A stretch of 64,000 nucleotides of DNA from an uncultured Actinomycetota bacterium. GTDB taxonomy: Bacteria > Actinomycetota > Actinomycetes > JACCUZ01. Every line of letters begins with the position of its first letter. Position 1 is the first letter of the stretch. Below are positions 22,376 through 33,250 of this stretch, in pieces. The stretch is taken from positions 86,899 to 150,898 of the forward strand of contig CAWARY010000020.1 of NCBI GenBank assembly GCA_963784645.1, given 5' to 3'. Both the position numbers and the translations under genes were made by a program. The notes beneath the pieces are model-generated. The model was not told the DNA's origin. It ran no database searches and was given only the letters and a program-made list of their open reading frames with translations.

Positions 22376-23575
22376 TCAGGGTAGGCCACGGCCACTGGTC
22401 GGCGCGAGGACCGCGACGCACTCGACGTGATGGGTCATGGGGAAGAGGTCGAAGGCCCGGATCGCGTCGAGCCGGTAACCGCGCTCGCCGAACCAGCGCA
22501 GGTCCCGGGCCAGGGCGGCCGGGTCGCAGGCGACGTAGGCGATCCGCCGGGCACCGACTCTCGACAGCAGGTCGACCACCGCCTTGCCGGCCCCGGACCG
22601 GGGCGGGTCGAGCACCACGACGTCCGCGCTGCGCAGGTGGACCCGCCGCAGCACGTGGTCGACACGGCCCCGCTCGACCCGCACGGTCGGCAGGTCGGCG
22701 AGGTTGTGCCGGGCGTCCTCGACGGCCACCCGGTCGGACTCGATGCACGTGACCCGCCCGGTCGGGCCGACCCGTTCGGCCAGCGACGCGGCGAACAGGC
22801 CGACGCCGCCGTAGAGGTCGAGCGCGGTCTCGCCCGGCGCCGGGTCGAGCCCGGCGAGGACGGCGCCGAGCAACGTCCGGGCCGCCCCGGGGTGGACCTG
22901 CCAGAAGCCGCCTCCCGTCACCCGGAACGACCGCTCCCCCACGCTCTCCGTCAGCGACCCCGACCCGCGGCCGTCGGGCCGGACCAGGCACTCGCCGGAG
23001 CCCGGTGACACCGCCACCTCGACGCCGTGGGTGCCGGGCCAGCCGCGGCCCGTGACGTCGGCGGCATCGACCAGCGGGTGCGCGATCCGGCAGTGATCGA
23101 CCGGCACGACCGCGTGCGAGCGGTGCCGTCGCAACCCGGCCCGCCCGGCCTCGTCCACCGCCCACTGGACCCGGGTCCGCCAGCCGAGCCCGCCGTCGTC
23201 GCCCGGCACCTCCTCGACGTCGACCTCGACGTCGTCGAGGCCCGCCAGCCGGGACAGCTGCTCGCGCACGACGGCCGTCTTGAGCGCGCGCTGCGCCGGC
23301 AGCGTGGCGTGCTGGAGGTCGCAGCCGCCGCAGCGGCCCGGGCCCGCCCAGGGGCAGGGCGGCTCCACCCTGTCCGGGGAGGCCTCGAGGACGGCGACGG
23401 CGTCGGCCCGCCAGAACGTCGACCCGTAGTGGCCCTCGGTGACCACGGCGCGGACGCGCTCGCCGGGCAGGGCGTGCCGGACGAACACCACTCGTCCGTC
23501 ATGCCGGGCGACGCAGTGCCCGCCGTGGGCGACCGGGCCGACGGTGAGCTCCACCTCGTGGCCGAGGGCCGTCAT
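22376..23575 (-). CDS. 23S rRNA (uracil-C5)-methyltransferase, RumA/TrmA family
   Basis: An N-terminal TRAM-like domain carries the four-Cys cluster CPWAGPGRCGGCDLQH. The C-terminal class-I SAM MTase has LDLYGGVGLF and VLDPPRSG, and the catalytic Cys is in AYVACDPAAL. Confidence 0.75.
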   Translation of the reverse strand: MTALGHEVELTVGPVAHGGHCVARHDGRVVFVRHALPGERVRAVVTEGHYGSTFWRADAVAVLEASPDRVEPPCPWAGPGRCGGCDLQHATLPAQRALKTAVVREQLSRLAGLDDVEVDVEEVPGDDGGLGWRTRVQWAVDEAGRAGLRRHRSHAVVPVDHCRIAHPLVDAADVTGRGWPGTHGVEVAVSPGSGECLVRPDGRGSGSLTESVGERSFRVTGGGFWQVHPGAARTLLGAVLAGLDPAPGETALDLYGGVGLFAASLAERVGPTGRVTCIESDRVAVEDARHNLADLPTVRVERGRVDHVLRRVHLRSADVVVLDPPRSGAGKAVVDLLSRVGARRIAYVACDPAALARDLRWFGERGYRLDAIRAFDLFPMTHHVECVAVLAPTSGRGLP

Positions 23576-23586
23576 GGGCTCGGCAC

Positions 23587-25599
23587 TCAGGACAGACCTC
23601 TGCCGCGTCCCAGGTCTCCGCGGCGCACTGCTCCGGGCGGGGTGCCTTCGACCCGGTCCGCAAGGGCCTCGGAGCTCTTCAGCTGCCACGGCACGCTCGT
23701 CACCATCACGCCGGGGGTGAAGAGCAGCCGCCCCTTCAGCCGGAGCGCGCTCTGGTTGTGCAGCAGGTGCTCCCACCAGTGGCCGACCACGTACTCAGGG
23801 ATCAGCACGGTGACCAGGTCGCGCGGGCTGCCCCGTCGCAGGCTGCGGACGTAGTCGATGACCGGGTCAGTGACCTCGCGGAACGGCGAGTCCAGCACCT
23901 TGAGCGGAACCGGGATCTCGCGCCGGTCCCACTCCCGCTGCAGCGCGCGGGTCTCCTCTGCGTCGACGCTGACCGTGATCGCCTCGAGGGTGGTGGGCCG
24001 CATCGCGCGGGCGTAGGCCACGGCGCGCATCGTCGGCTTGTGGATCTTCGAGACCAGGACGATCGCGTGCGTCCGGGAGGGCAGCACCGTGTCCTCGTCC
24101 TCGTCGACGACGAGCTCCTCCGCCACGCGGGTGTAGTGCTGGTGGATGCCCTTCATCAGCACGAACAGGACGATCATCGCCGCGATCGCGATCCACGCGC
24201 CGAGCAGGAACTTCGTGATGAGCACGACGACCAGCACGACTGCCGTCACCGACAGGCCCACGCCGTTGATCACCCGGCTGCGCTGCATCCGGCCCCGCTC
24301 GGCGGGGTCCCGCTCGCTGCGCAGCAACCGGGTCCAGTGCCGGACCATGCCGGTCTGGCTCAGGGTGAACGACACGAAGACACCGACGATGTAGAGCTGG
24401 ATGAGCCGGGTCACCTCGGCGTTGAACGACACGATCAGGACGATGGCGAAGGCCGCCAGGATGATGATGCCGTTGCTGTACGCCAGCCGGTCGCCCCGCG
24501 TGTGCAGCTGCCTCGGCAGGTAGCGGTCCTGGGCGAGGATCGAGCCCAGCACCGGGAAGCCGTTGAAGGCGGTGTTGGCCGCCAGCACCAGGATCAGGCC
24601 GGTCACGGTGGTGACCACCCCGGCCATCAGCGGCAGGTTGTCGAAGATCCGCTTGGCCAGCTGGCCGATCACGGGGTCCTGGGCGTAGTGCACGTTCTGG
24701 TCGCGGAACAGGACGCCACCGCCGGACGCCACCCCCTCCTCACCGTTGAGCCGCAGCTGCTCGACGACGTTCTCCGCGTAGCGGAGCCCGAGAATCCTGG
24801 CCAGCACGATGACGCTCGTGAGCATCGTGACGGCGATGGTGCCCAGCAACAGCAGCGTCGTCGCCGCGTTCTTGGACTTCGGCTTTCGAAACGCCGGGAC
24901 GCCGTTGCTGATCGCCTCGACACCGGTGAGGGCGGCGCAGCCGGACGAGAACGCGCGCAGCAGCAGGAAGCCGCCGGCCAGACCGGCGATGCCGGTGGAG
25001 TACTGGTCCTCGGCGGTCAGGGTGAACTGTGCGCTGTCGAGGTCCTCCAGGTGACCGAACGCCAGCCGGAAGAACCCCCACGCGGCCATCCCGAGCACCG
25101 ACGCCATGAAGGCGTACGTCGGGATCGCGAACGCCGTACCGGACTCACGGACACCGCGGAGGTTGATCGACATGATGAGGATCACCGCGACGACGGCGAC
25201 CGTCACCTCGTGCCCCTGCAGGGAGTCGATGGTGGAGGCGGCGTACTGCGCGGCCGACGAGATCGACACGGCCACGGTCAGTACGTAGTCGACGAGCAGA
25301 GCGCTGGCGACGGTCAGCCCCGGAGTCGGACCCAGGTTGACCGTCGCGACCTCGTAGTCGCCGCCACCGCTCGGGTACGCGCGCACGTTCTGCCGGTACG
25401 ACGCGACGACCACGAGCATGACCAGCGCGACCGCGATGCCGACCTTCCACGAGAACGAGTAGGCCGCGAACCCGGCGATGCCGAGCGTGAGGAACACCTC
25501 GTCGGGGGCGTAGGCCACCGACGAGAGGGCGTCGCTCGCGAAGACCGGCAGCGCCACCCGCTTGGGCAGCAGCGTCTCGCCGAGCCGGTCGCTGCGCAT
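23587..25599 (-). CDS. APC superfamily amino-acid/polyamine permease with a C-terminal cytoplasmic extension
   Basis: Twelve or more TM segments have an APC signature. The roughly 170-aa C-terminus is hydrophilic. The start was chosen at MRSDRLGETLLPKRV. The track ORF extends to 25713. Confidence 0.7.
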   Translation of the reverse strand: MRSDRLGETLLPKRVALPVFASDALSSVAYAPDEVFLTLGIAGFAAYSFSWKVGIAVALVMLVVVASYRQNVRAYPSGGGDYEVATVNLGPTPGLTVASALLVDYVLTVAVSISSAAQYAASTIDSLQGHEVTVAVVAVILIMSINLRGVRESGTAFAIPTYAFMASVLGMAAWGFFRLAFGHLEDLDSAQFTLTAEDQYSTGIAGLAGGFLLLRAFSSGCAALTGVEAISNGVPAFRKPKSKNAATTLLLLGTIAVTMLTSVIVLARILGLRYAENVVEQLRLNGEEGVASGGGVLFRDQNVHYAQDPVIGQLAKRIFDNLPLMAGVVTTVTGLILVLAANTAFNGFPVLGSILAQDRYLPRQLHTRGDRLAYSNGIIILAAFAIVLIVSFNAEVTRLIQLYIVGVFVSFTLSQTGMVRHWTRLLRSERDPAERGRMQRSRVINGVGLSVTAVVLVVVLITKFLLGAWIAIAAMIVLFVLMKGIHQHYTRVAEELVVDEDEDTVLPSRTHAIVLVSKIHKPTMRAVAYARAMRPTTLEAITVSVDAEETRALQREWDRREIPVPLKVLDSPFREVTDPVIDYVRSLRRGSPRDLVTVLIPEYVVGHWWEHLLHNQSALRLKGRLLFTPGVMVTSVPWQLKSSEALADRVEGTPPGAVRRGDLGRGRGLS

Positions 25600-25884
25600 G
25601 GCACGACCGAGCAGGAGACGCTTGACCGCGTCCGTCGTATGGGGCACGTGGAGGAATGCTAGGGCGTGCCGCCCGGCGTGGGGCCGGGCCCGCCCCGCGG
25701 CGTGCCGAGACACCGGGCAGCACTGGTCACCGGGAGCGGGCCGTGCCGGGCGTGGGGGGCGATGCCGGGCAGCCGGCCCGGCGTCCCGGCCTCTGCGCTA
25801 GCGTCGGGCCGAGCAGTCCGACGATCAACCACCGGGGCCGGCCTGCCGGCCCTCCCAGCCGGGGACAGTGCGAGAGGACCACGC

Positions 25885-26550
25885 GTGCACTTCGTCATCA
25901 TGGGCTGCGGCCGGGTCGGCTCCTCCCTCGCGCTGATCCTCGAGTCGCAGGGCCACTCCGTAGCGGTGATCGACTCGAGCGAGGCGGCCTTCCGCCGTCT
26001 CGGACCCGGCTTCGCCGGGCGCCGCGTGACCGGCATCGGCTTCGACCGCGACACCCTGCGCGAGGCCGGCATCGAGGAGGCTGAGGCCTTCGCGGCGGTG
26101 AGCAGCGGCGACAACTCCAACATCGTGGCCGCGCGGGTCGCCCGGGAGACGTTCGGGGTCGACAACGTGGTCGCCCGCATCTACGACCCGGGCCGCGCCG
26201 AGGTCTACCAGCGGCTCGGCATCCCCACGGTGGCCACGGTCCGCTGGACCGCCGACCAGATGATGCGCCGGCTGCTCCCCCATGGCAGCGAGCCCGAGTG
26301 GCGCGACCCGAGCGGCACCGTCCGGCTGGCCGAGGTGCACCTCGACGACGCGTGGATCGGTGAGCGGATCAGCGCCATCGAGGAGCTGTGTGGCGCCCGC
26401 GTGGCGTTCCTCACCCGTTACGGCGAGGGCCTGCTGCCCGGTGCCGACACCGTCCTCCAGGACGGCGACCTGGTGCACGTGATCATGGTCGACAGCCAGG
26501 CGGACGAGGTGGAGGCCGGGCTTCGGCACCGGTCCGGCGAGGAGCACTGA
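25885..26550 (+). CDS. trkA: Trk-system potassium uptake protein TrkA (ceoB-like), NAD-binding RCK_N plus RCK_C
   Basis: VHFVIMGCGRVGSSLALIL is the Rossmann GxGxxG motif. The start is GTG. The gene is the first of a tandem pair. Confidence 0.8.
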   Translation: MHFVIMGCGRVGSSLALILESQGHSVAVIDSSEAAFRRLGPGFAGRRVTGIGFDRDTLREAGIEEAEAFAAVSSGDNSNIVAARVARETFGVDNVVARIYDPGRAEVYQRLGIPTVATVRWTADQMMRRLLPHGSEPEWRDPSGTVRLAEVHLDDAWIGERISAIEELCGARVAFLTRYGEGLLPGADTVLQDGDLVHVIMVDSQADEVEAGLRHRSGEEH

Positions 26551-27215
26551 TGCGGGTCGCCATCGCCGGAGCCGGCAGCGTGGGGCGCTCGGTCGCCCGC
26601 GAGCTGCTCGAGAACGGCCACGAGGTCCTGCTCATCGACAAGGATCCCGGCGCCATCAAGCGTCAGTCGGTGACCGACGCGCAGTGGCTGCTCGCCGACG
26701 CCTGCGAGATCACCTCGCTCGAGGAGGCCGGGCTGCACGAGTGCCAGGTGGTCGTCGCGGCGACCGGCGACGACAAGGTCAACCTCGTCGTGTCGCTCCT
26801 CGCGAAGACCGAGTACGGCGTGCCGCGCACCGTCGCACGGGTCAGCAACCCCAAGAACGAGTGGATGTTCGACGAGGCGTGGGGCGTGGACGTCGCGGTG
26901 TCGATGCCGCGGCTGATGACCGCCCTCGTCGAGGAGGCCGTCAGTGTCGGCGACCTGGTGCGACTCTTCACGTTCCAGCAGTCGAACACGGACATGCTCG
27001 AGCTGACCCTGCCCTCCGACTCACCGGTGGTCTCCACCCGGGTCGGCGACGTCGACTGGCCGCCGGACACCGCGCTGGTGGCGATCATCCGCGAGGGCCG
27101 GCCGATCGCGCCGTCGCCCGACGACCCCCTCGAGGCGGGCGACGAGCTGCTCTTCGTCGCGACGCCGGACATGGGACCGCAGCTCGAGGAGCTGCTCGCC
27201 CCGCACGCCCGCTGA
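26550..27215 (+). CDS. trkA: Second TrkA-family protein (ceoC-like)
   Basis: MRVAIAGAGSVGRSVAREL is the Rossmann motif. There is a 1-nt TGATG overlap with the preceding gene. Confidence 0.8.
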   Translation: MRVAIAGAGSVGRSVARELLENGHEVLLIDKDPGAIKRQSVTDAQWLLADACEITSLEEAGLHECQVVVAATGDDKVNLVVSLLAKTEYGVPRTVARVSNPKNEWMFDEAWGVDVAVSMPRLMTALVEEAVSVGDLVRLFTFQQSNTDMLELTLPSDSPVVSTRVGDVDWPPDTALVAIIREGRPIAPSPDDPLEAGDELLFVATPDMGPQLEELLAPHAR

Positions 27216-27313
27216 TCCGGCCCGCTACCCCGCCCGCGTCCCCTCGCCCGTTGATCACGTGCACGTGATCGACGACCGCCGACCGTGGTGAATAGGCCGC
27301 GGACGGCGGTCGT

Positions 27314-28042
27314 TCACCGCGACCGGTCGGTGTCCTCGACGTGCTCGACGCTCGGCTCGACGACCGGCTCGAAGGCATGACCGTCGGCCTGCAGCGGTGT
27401 GCTGTTGCGGCTGAGCAGCCAGGCCATCGCCGCGAGCGAGGCGACCTGCAGCGGCCAGCCGAGAGCGATCTTGGTGACGCCGAGCCAGCCGACCTCCCCG
27501 GCGAGGTACAGCGGGTACTGCACGGCGACCCGGATGACGCACGGCACGGCCAGCAGCCAGGTGAGCCGCGAGCAGAGCCGGACGATCGCCGGGTCGGTGC
27601 GCCACGCGGTGAGGTCGCCGGTCACCGAGGCGATCATCAGCCCGACGAGCGGCCAGCGCACGAGGATCGAGAGCACGAAAGCACCGGCGTACGCCGCGTT
27701 GTAGATGATCCCGGGCAGGAAGACGTCCTCGGCCTTGCCGGTCCGCGCGGCGAAGACCGCGGCGATGCCGATGCCGACGAGGCTGTTGACGACGAACTGC
27801 ACGGGTTGCCGTTGCACGACGCGGACGACCAGCAGCACGACCGCGAGGCCGATGCCCAGGGAGAGCGCCAGCCGCAGCTCGTGGCTGATCAGAAAGGTGA
27901 GCGTGAAGCCGAGGGTCGGGACCGCACCCTCGACCATGCCGCGCCGACCGCCGAGCGCTGCGGAGAGCCGGTGGCGCACGACTTCCTCCACCGTCGAGGC
28001 GTCGACCTGCGTCGTCGCCGCGGCGGCAGGGGTGCTGCTCAC
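27314..28042 (-). CDS. DUF3159 family membrane protein
   Basis: EEVVRHRLSAALGGRRGMVEGAVPTLGFTLTF... followed by multiple TM helices matches the DUF3159 layout. The start was chosen at GTG 28042, overlapping the upstream stop (GTGA). Confidence 0.65.
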   Translation of the reverse strand: MSSTPAAAATTQVDASTVEEVVRHRLSAALGGRRGMVEGAVPTLGFTLTFLISHELRLALSLGIGLAVVLLVVRVVQRQPVQFVVNSLVGIGIAAVFAARTGKAEDVFLPGIIYNAAYAGAFVLSILVRWPLVGLMIASVTGDLTAWRTDPAIVRLCSRLTWLLAVPCVIRVAVQYPLYLAGEVGWLGVTKIALGWPLQVASLAAMAWLLSRNSTPLQADGHAFEPVVEPSVEHVEDTDRSR

Positions 28043-28419
28043 CCGTCCCCGGCCGGCCGCAGCTCGTAGCGGGGGTTGAAGATGACCGGCTGCTCGTTGT
28101 CGCGGGTCACCCGGCCGGTCGCGACGAGGGCGCGGCCCGGCTCGATCCCGGCGATCTGTCGGCGGCCCAGCCACACCAGGTTGATCGAGCCGCTGCCGTC
28201 GTAGAGCTCGGCCACCAGGGCCGGGACCCCGGCGCGTGGCCGCAGGGTCACCGTGCGCAGGGTGCCGGCCACTCGCACCTTCTCGCGGTCCGGCAGCTCC
28301 TTCACGGGGACGGCGCCCATCTCGACGCAACCCTTCTGCAGCTCCGCGGCCTCGTGCTCCTTGGCCGAGGACGCCAACCGGTTGACGGCGCGCTTGAGGA
28401 CTCCCGGGTGCTGACCCAT
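28039..28419 (-). CDS. OB-fold nucleic-acid-binding domain protein
   Basis: The conserved actinobacterial partner of DUF3159: ...VRVAGTLRTVTLRPRAGVPALVAELYDGSGSINLVWLGRR.... Confidence 0.65.
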   Translation of the reverse strand: MGQHPGVLKRAVNRLASSAKEHEAAELQKGCVEMGAVPVKELPDREKVRVAGTLRTVTLRPRAGVPALVAELYDGSGSINLVWLGRRQIAGIEPGRALVATGRVTRDNEQPVIFNPRYELRPAGDG

Positions 28420-28487
28420 GCCTCCAGGGTAGGCCCCGCGACCGCCGCGCGCGGGCGGTGCCGCGCAGTTCTCGCCCGGTCGGCGGG

Positions 28488-29285
28488 TCAGTGGATCTCG
28501 GTGATCTCCGGACCGCGCTCGAACGGCTTGAGGTCGGCCGCCGAACCGGCCCCCGACGACTCGGGCTCCGCGAGCTCCTCGGTGGGGTCGGGCGCCGCCG
28601 GCGGCAGTCGCAGCGGGATGGGGTCGCGGGGGGCCATCGGGTCGGCGCCACGCACCACGATGACGTCGCGGAACAGCGCGACCAGCTCGGCGTCGGCGCC
28701 GGGGTCGACGGCGGCCTGGCCGGTGACGACGCCCCGCAGGAACCAGCGCGGGCCGTCGACCCCGACGAAGCGGGCCGGCTGCACCTGCTGGCTGCCGTCA
28801 CCCGCCCGTACCGGGACGCGGGTCCGCAGCTCGGTGCCGAGCGGCCCCTCGACCTCGTCGACGGTCCCGCCCTGCTGGGTGATGCCGGACCGGATCTCGG
28901 TGCGCACGTCGTCCCAGATGCCCTCGCTGCGCGGCGCGGCGAACGGCTGGACCTGCAGGGCGCTGTCGCCGAGCACGAGGGTGACGGCGACCACCTCGCT
29001 GGTCTCCTGGTCCGCCTCGATGCGCACCTCGAGCCCGGGCCGGCCGGGCAGCCACAGACCGCCCAGGTCCACCCGGGCGCCACCACCTGAGGGGTCGTCG
29101 ACCTCCGTCACGTCGTGCGGGCCCTCGCGCCGGTCGCCCCGGGCGGGCGCCGCCGCGGCCGAGGCCGACTCCAGCTCCTCGTCGCCGTCGGGCTGGTCAC
29201 CGTGCGGGCTGTCAGCGGCCGGGTCGTTGCCGGTCAGGTCGCCGTCTGCGCCGTCCTGTTGGCGCTTCTTCCGGAACACGTTCAC
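28488..29285 (-). CDS. DUF3710 domain protein
   Basis: [12 protein letters not shown]... begins an acidic N-terminus. It is followed by the conserved GPWD/RW-containing domain. The GTG start overlaps the dut stop (GTGA). Confidence 0.65.
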   Translation of the reverse strand: MNVFRKKRQQDGADGDLTGNDPAADSPHGDQPDGDEELESASAAAAPARGDRREGPHDVTEVDDPSGGGARVDLGGLWLPGRPGLEVRIEADQETSEVVAVTLVLGDSALQVQPFAAPRSEGIWDDVRTEIRSGITQQGGTVDEVEGPLGTELRTRVPVRAGDGSQQVQPARFVGVDGPRWFLRGVVTGQAAVDPGADAELVALFRDVIVVRGADPMAPRDPIPLRLPPAAPDPTEELAEPESSGAGSAADLKPFERGPEITEIH

Positions 29286-29761
29286 ACCTCGGTATCGATG
29301 GTCTGGTCGGTGGGGGTGACGGCCGCTGCGAAGCCACCGGTCGAGCCGTGTCCGCTCTCGCCGCGCGCCGAGCCGGGCAGCCGCTCGACCTCGTGGAAGC
29401 GCGCCGTCTCGACGCGCTGCACCACGAGCTGGGCGATCCGGTCGCCGCGCCGCAGCCGCACCACGTCGTCGGTGTCGTGGTTGACGAGCAGGACCTTGAT
29501 CTCGCCGCGGTAGCCGGCGTCCACGGTGCCGGGCGCGTTGACGATGCCGACGCCGAGCTTGTGCGCGAGACCCGAGCGCGGGTGGACGAAGGCGGCGTAG
29601 CCGCGCGGCAACGCGATCGCCAGGCCGGTCGGCACCATGGCCCGCTGACCCGGTGCCAGCTCGACGTCCTCCGCCGCGACGAGGTCCGCCCCGGCGTCGC
29701 CGGGGTGGGCGTACGCCGGCAGGGGCAGGTCGGGGTCGAGCCGCCGGACCAGCACCTCGAC
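29282..29761 (-). CDS. dut: dUTP diphosphatase
   Basis: All five dUTPase motifs are recognisable (AGADL, PRSG, G..D..YRGE, RIAQLV, GSTGGF). The start is GTG 29761 (VEVLVRRLD); an alternative ATG lies at 29809. Confidence 0.8.
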   Translation of the reverse strand, partial: VEVLVRRLDPDLPLPAYAHPGDAGADLVAAEDVELAPGQRAMVPTGLAIALPRGYAAFVHPRSGLAHKLGVGIVNAPGTVDAGYRGEIKVLLVNHDTDDVVRLRRGDRIAQLVVQRVETARFHEVERLPGSARGESGHGSTGGFAAAVTPTDQTIDTEV

Positions 29762-29844
29762 CGGCTGCTCGCCCGGCCACGCGCCGGCGGCAGTGTCGCG
29801 CTGGGTCACGGCGGCGACCCTACCCCGGGCGCCGCGGCGGCCCG

Positions 29845-31509
29845 TCAGCCGAACAGGGTCCGCTCGACGAGACCGATCGGCATCCGTCCCGACCCGCCCG
29901 CCAGGTCGTGGAACTCACGCAACGACCCGCGCCCCTCGGTCTCCCAGCGCTCCCGCAGGCGGGCGATCTCCAGGGCACCGGTGAGATAGGAGGACGCCTG
30001 GGTCGGCCAGGCGCAGTAGCGCAGCACCTCGGCCGCCGCGGTCTCGCGCGACAGGGACGTCCTGGTGGCCATGAACTCGGTGGCCTCCTCGATGGTCATC
30101 TCACCGAGGTGCAGCGACGTGTCGACGATGATCCGCGCCGCGCGGAACAGCCGGTAGTCGCGCTGGCACAGCTCCTGCTCCGGCGTCCGGAAGAAGCCCT
30201 GCTCGCGCAGCAGGTCCTCGGTGTAGAGGCCCCAGCCCTCGACGAAGTACGCCGACCCGAGCACGAACCGCAGCGGGCGGGCCCTGCCCTGTGCCGCGTT
30301 CCACGACAGCCAGGCCAGGTGCCAGTGGTGGCCGGGGTAGGCCTCGTGGACGGCGATCGACCAGGCGCCGTGGTTGTTGTTCGTGGCCAGCCGGGCGTCC
30401 ACCTGCTCCTGGGTGGCGCCGTCAGGCGGGTACGGGACGAAGAAGTGCCCGACTCCTGTGGTGGACCCGGCCGGGGCGAACGGCGGGGGCGCCATGTAGT
30501 GCGCGACCGCGAGCATCGCGCGGCTGAACGGCGCCGACGGCACGACCTCGCAGTGCTCCCCCTCGGGCATGGTCACCAGCTCGTGCTCGACGCAGAACGC
30601 GCGGGCTGCGTCGGTGGCCTCGCGGTACAGGGCGAGCATCGCCTCCGGGGTGGCCGGGTGGTCGTCGTTGAAGCTCTTGACGACGGAGATGAAGTCGTCG
30701 GTGCCCCGCAGCTCCCGGGCCCGCCGGGCCATGTCGGCCGCGAGGTCGTCGTAGGCGGCCTGGCCCTTGTCGCGCAGCTCGCGGGTGCCGTAGCCGAGCC
30801 CTTCGGCGTCGAGCAGCAGAGCGTCGTAGCGCTGCTCGCCGACGGCCCACTCTCCGGTCGCTTTCTCCACCAGCGACTGCACGTGCTCGCCGAAGCGCTC
30901 GTACGCCGCGGCCGCCAGCTCGCCGGCCTCACGGACCAGGGCTGCGGACGCGTCGGCGGTGAACTCGTCGGCTACGGAGCGGGCGTAGGCCGCACCCGCA
31001 CCGATCTGCCCCAGCGCCCGGGTCAGCAGGGCGGGGTGGGCCAACGCCGGGTCGAGGTTGGCTGCTCCCTGCTCGAGCAGGAGAGGGGTCGCGCGCAACC
31101 GCGCGGCCACTGCCTCGGCCAGCTCGGCGTCGCCGCGCAGCCGGTGGGTGAGCAGGATGAAGACCGAGCTCAGCGCGGTGCCGGCGTAGTGGTCGGGGCT
31201 GCGACGCCAGTCGGCCCAGTCCCGCATGTGGGCGCGACCGGCCAGCACCATGAGCGCCAGGTCCCGGTCGATGCGCTCGTCGTCGCTCAGCTCGGCGTCG
31301 TCGAGGCCGCGCAGCCGCTCGACCCAGGCGTCCTCGGCGCGCTCGCGCGCGGCGATGCCCGCGGCCGACATGTCCGGCAGCGCCTCGTCGTGCTCGGTGA
31401 GCCCGAGCACCGTGCCCAGCAGCGGGTTGGCGGCGCACTGGTCGGCGACCAGCTCGGCCGCGAGGGCGTCGAAGGGGCGGTCGCCCGTGGGGATCGGCAT
31501 GCCCGGCAC
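29845..31509 (-). CDS. DUF885 family protein
   Basis: About 550 aa. The [10 protein letters not shown] motif is characteristic of DUF885. Confidence 0.7.
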   Translation of the reverse strand: MPGMPIPTGDRPFDALAAELVADQCAANPLLGTVLGLTEHDEALPDMSAAGIAARERAEDAWVERLRGLDDAELSDDERIDRDLALMVLAGRAHMRDWADWRRSPDHYAGTALSSVFILLTHRLRGDAELAEAVAARLRATPLLLEQGAANLDPALAHPALLTRALGQIGAGAAYARSVADEFTADASAALVREAGELAAAAYERFGEHVQSLVEKATGEWAVGEQRYDALLLDAEGLGYGTRELRDKGQAAYDDLAADMARRARELRGTDDFISVVKSFNDDHPATPEAMLALYREATDAARAFCVEHELVTMPEGEHCEVVPSAPFSRAMLAVAHYMAPPPFAPAGSTTGVGHFFVPYPPDGATQEQVDARLATNNNHGAWSIAVHEAYPGHHWHLAWLSWNAAQGRARPLRFVLGSAYFVEGWGLYTEDLLREQGFFRTPEQELCQRDYRLFRAARIIVDTSLHLGEMTIEEATEFMATRTSLSRETAAAEVLRYCAWPTQASSYLTGALEIARLRERWETEGRGSLREFHDLAGGSGRMPIGLVERTLFG

Positions 31510-31562
31510 CGTAGCCCGAGCGCGGGGGCATCGCCCGGCGGGCCGCGTGCGACGCTGGGCGG

Positions 31563-32027
31563 GTGACGAGCGGCGCGGTCCCGACGGTGACCTACGACGA
31601 GCGGCTGACCGCTCCCGTCGCGCTCTGGGCGGGTGCGTGGTTCGGCTCCTTCATGCTCGGCGTCGTCGTCTCCGCAGCGCTCGGGCCCGGCCCCGGTCTC
31701 GGTGCGGCGCTCGTCCCCGGTGTCCTGCTGACCGTCCTGCTCCGGTCGGCCGCGGCGCGGGTGCAGGTCGTCGGCCGTGAGCTGGTGGCCGGCACCGCAC
31801 GGATCGACCTCGCCCTGCTGGGACCGGTGCGGGTGCTCGACCCGGCCGCCGCCCGGCAGGTCCGCGGGCCGATGTCCGACCCGGCGGCGTTCCACCTCAT
31901 CCGCGGCTGGGTCCCCGCCGGCGTCCAGGCCGCGGTGCTCGACCCCGCCGACCCGGCGCCGTACTGGTTCGTCGCGAGCCGGCGCCCCGCCGAGCTCGCC
32001 ACCGCCATCGAGGCCGCGCGGCGCTGA
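31563..32027 (+). CDS. DUF3093 domain membrane protein
   Basis: YDERLTAPVALWAGAWFGSFMLGVVVSAAL is followed by two TM helices, with the conserved LDPADPAPYW near the C-terminus. Confidence 0.6.
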   Translation: MTSGAVPTVTYDERLTAPVALWAGAWFGSFMLGVVVSAALGPGPGLGAALVPGVLLTVLLRSAAARVQVVGRELVAGTARIDLALLGPVRVLDPAAARQVRGPMSDPAAFHLIRGWVPAGVQAAVLDPADPAPYWFVASRRPAELATAIEAARR

Positions 32028-32174
32028 GGGACGGCAGTTCCCCACCATCGTGGCGCCTGTCAGAGCGGCTTCAGAGGAGTCCTTGGCCCCGCCGGTGCCG
32101 ACGTGACCGGAGTGGACCGGCTCCGCACGGGGTTTCGCGCCACCTTGCCGGTCCACTTCACGAGACGGAGCGAA

Positions 32175-32219
32175 GTGGCCCCGCCAGGCGGTCGGAACTC
32201 GACTGCCTGGCGGGGCCAC
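32175..32219. terminator. A perfect 15-bp-stem GC hairpin (GTGGCCCCGCCAGGC-N15-GCCTGGCGGGGCCAC) between the convergent genes
   Basis: Read directly from the sequence. It lies between the DUF3093 stop at 32027 and the stop at 32413 of the convergent gene. It has no T-tract. Confidence 0.4.
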
Positions 32220-32412
32220 TTGGCTCGTGGGGCCACGACGGCGGGCCATCAGCGGACGGCGAGTGCCGGCCCCTCGTCCGAAGCCGCACTGACCGAAGCA
32301 CCTACGGCGGGCGGTGGCCGACGGCGGGTGGCCCAACACCTCATCCCAGGCTGCACTGACCGCACCACCAACGTCGGGCAGCGGCGATCAGGAACTGAAC
32401 CGCCCCTCGCCC

Positions 32413-33222
32413 TCAGCGGTCGACGGTCTCGCCGCGGACGGTGCGGTCGGAGCGCCTGCGTCGCAGGTCGTCGCGGACCTCCTCGCCGAGGCGGCGGGTC
32501 TCGCGGTGGTTGACCAGGCTGCCGGCGACGGCGCCGCTCATCATCGGTCCGAGGGTGGTGAGGTTGCGTCCGGCGCGACGGACCAGGCGCTTGCGCAGCG
32601 CGCGCTTGGCGGTGGCGCCGAGCGAGACCCGGAGCGCTGCGGGCGAGAGCGGGTCGATCCCCCGGCGCTCGGTCCAAGCGATCAGGTACGACTGCGTCCG
32701 CGACCGGCGCGACCCGGTGGCCGGCAGCCCGTACACCTCGTGCAGCTCGGCGATCAGCTTGACCTCGGCGGCCGCCACCAGCAGCGTCTCGGCCGCAATC
32801 TGCGCCGGAGCGGTGAGCAGTGTCGGTGGTGCGGCGAACTCGACGGCAGCCAGCGCACCGCCGGCGGCACCGACGGCACCGGTGGCCTTGGCGGCGCCGG
32901 AGATCAGCGCCTGGGCGAGGTCGTCGTCGGACAGGCCGGGGTGGTGGGCGCGCAGGGTCGCAGCGTCCCGGACCGGGATGCGCGGAGCGGTCTCCAGGAA
33001 GACGTCGGCCAGCCAGCTGCCCCCCAGGACGGAGGCCCGGCCCGCCTTCTTCGCCGAACCGGTGAGCGCCCGCGTGAGTCGTCCCACGTCACGGGCCCGC
33101 TCGCGACGAGAGGCGCCGGCGTCCTCGGACCGCCCGGTGATCCGGGCGACGAGGTCGCCGACGCCTCCGTTGTCACCGGAAGGTGACTGGTTGCTGGTGT
33201 CGTCGTTCGGTCGCTGACTCAT
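32413..33222 (-). CDS. Conserved hypothetical protein of 269 aa
   Basis: The ORF has a protein-like, Ala/Leu-rich composition with an acidic N-terminus, MSQRPNDDTSNQSPSGDNGG.... No recognisable catalytic motif is present. Confidence 0.5.
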   Translation of the reverse strand: MSQRPNDDTSNQSPSGDNGGVGDLVARITGRSEDAGASRRERARDVGRLTRALTGSAKKAGRASVLGGSWLADVFLETAPRIPVRDAATLRAHHPGLSDDDLAQALISGAAKATGAVGAAGGALAAVEFAAPPTLLTAPAQIAAETLLVAAAEVKLIAELHEVYGLPATGSRRSRTQSYLIAWTERRGIDPLSPAALRVSLGATAKRALRKRLVRRAGRNLTTLGPMMSGAVAGSLVNHRETRRLGEEVRDDLRRRRSDRTVRGETVDR

Positions 33223-33250
33223 GTCGTGAGCCTGCCCCGCGTCGATCGCC

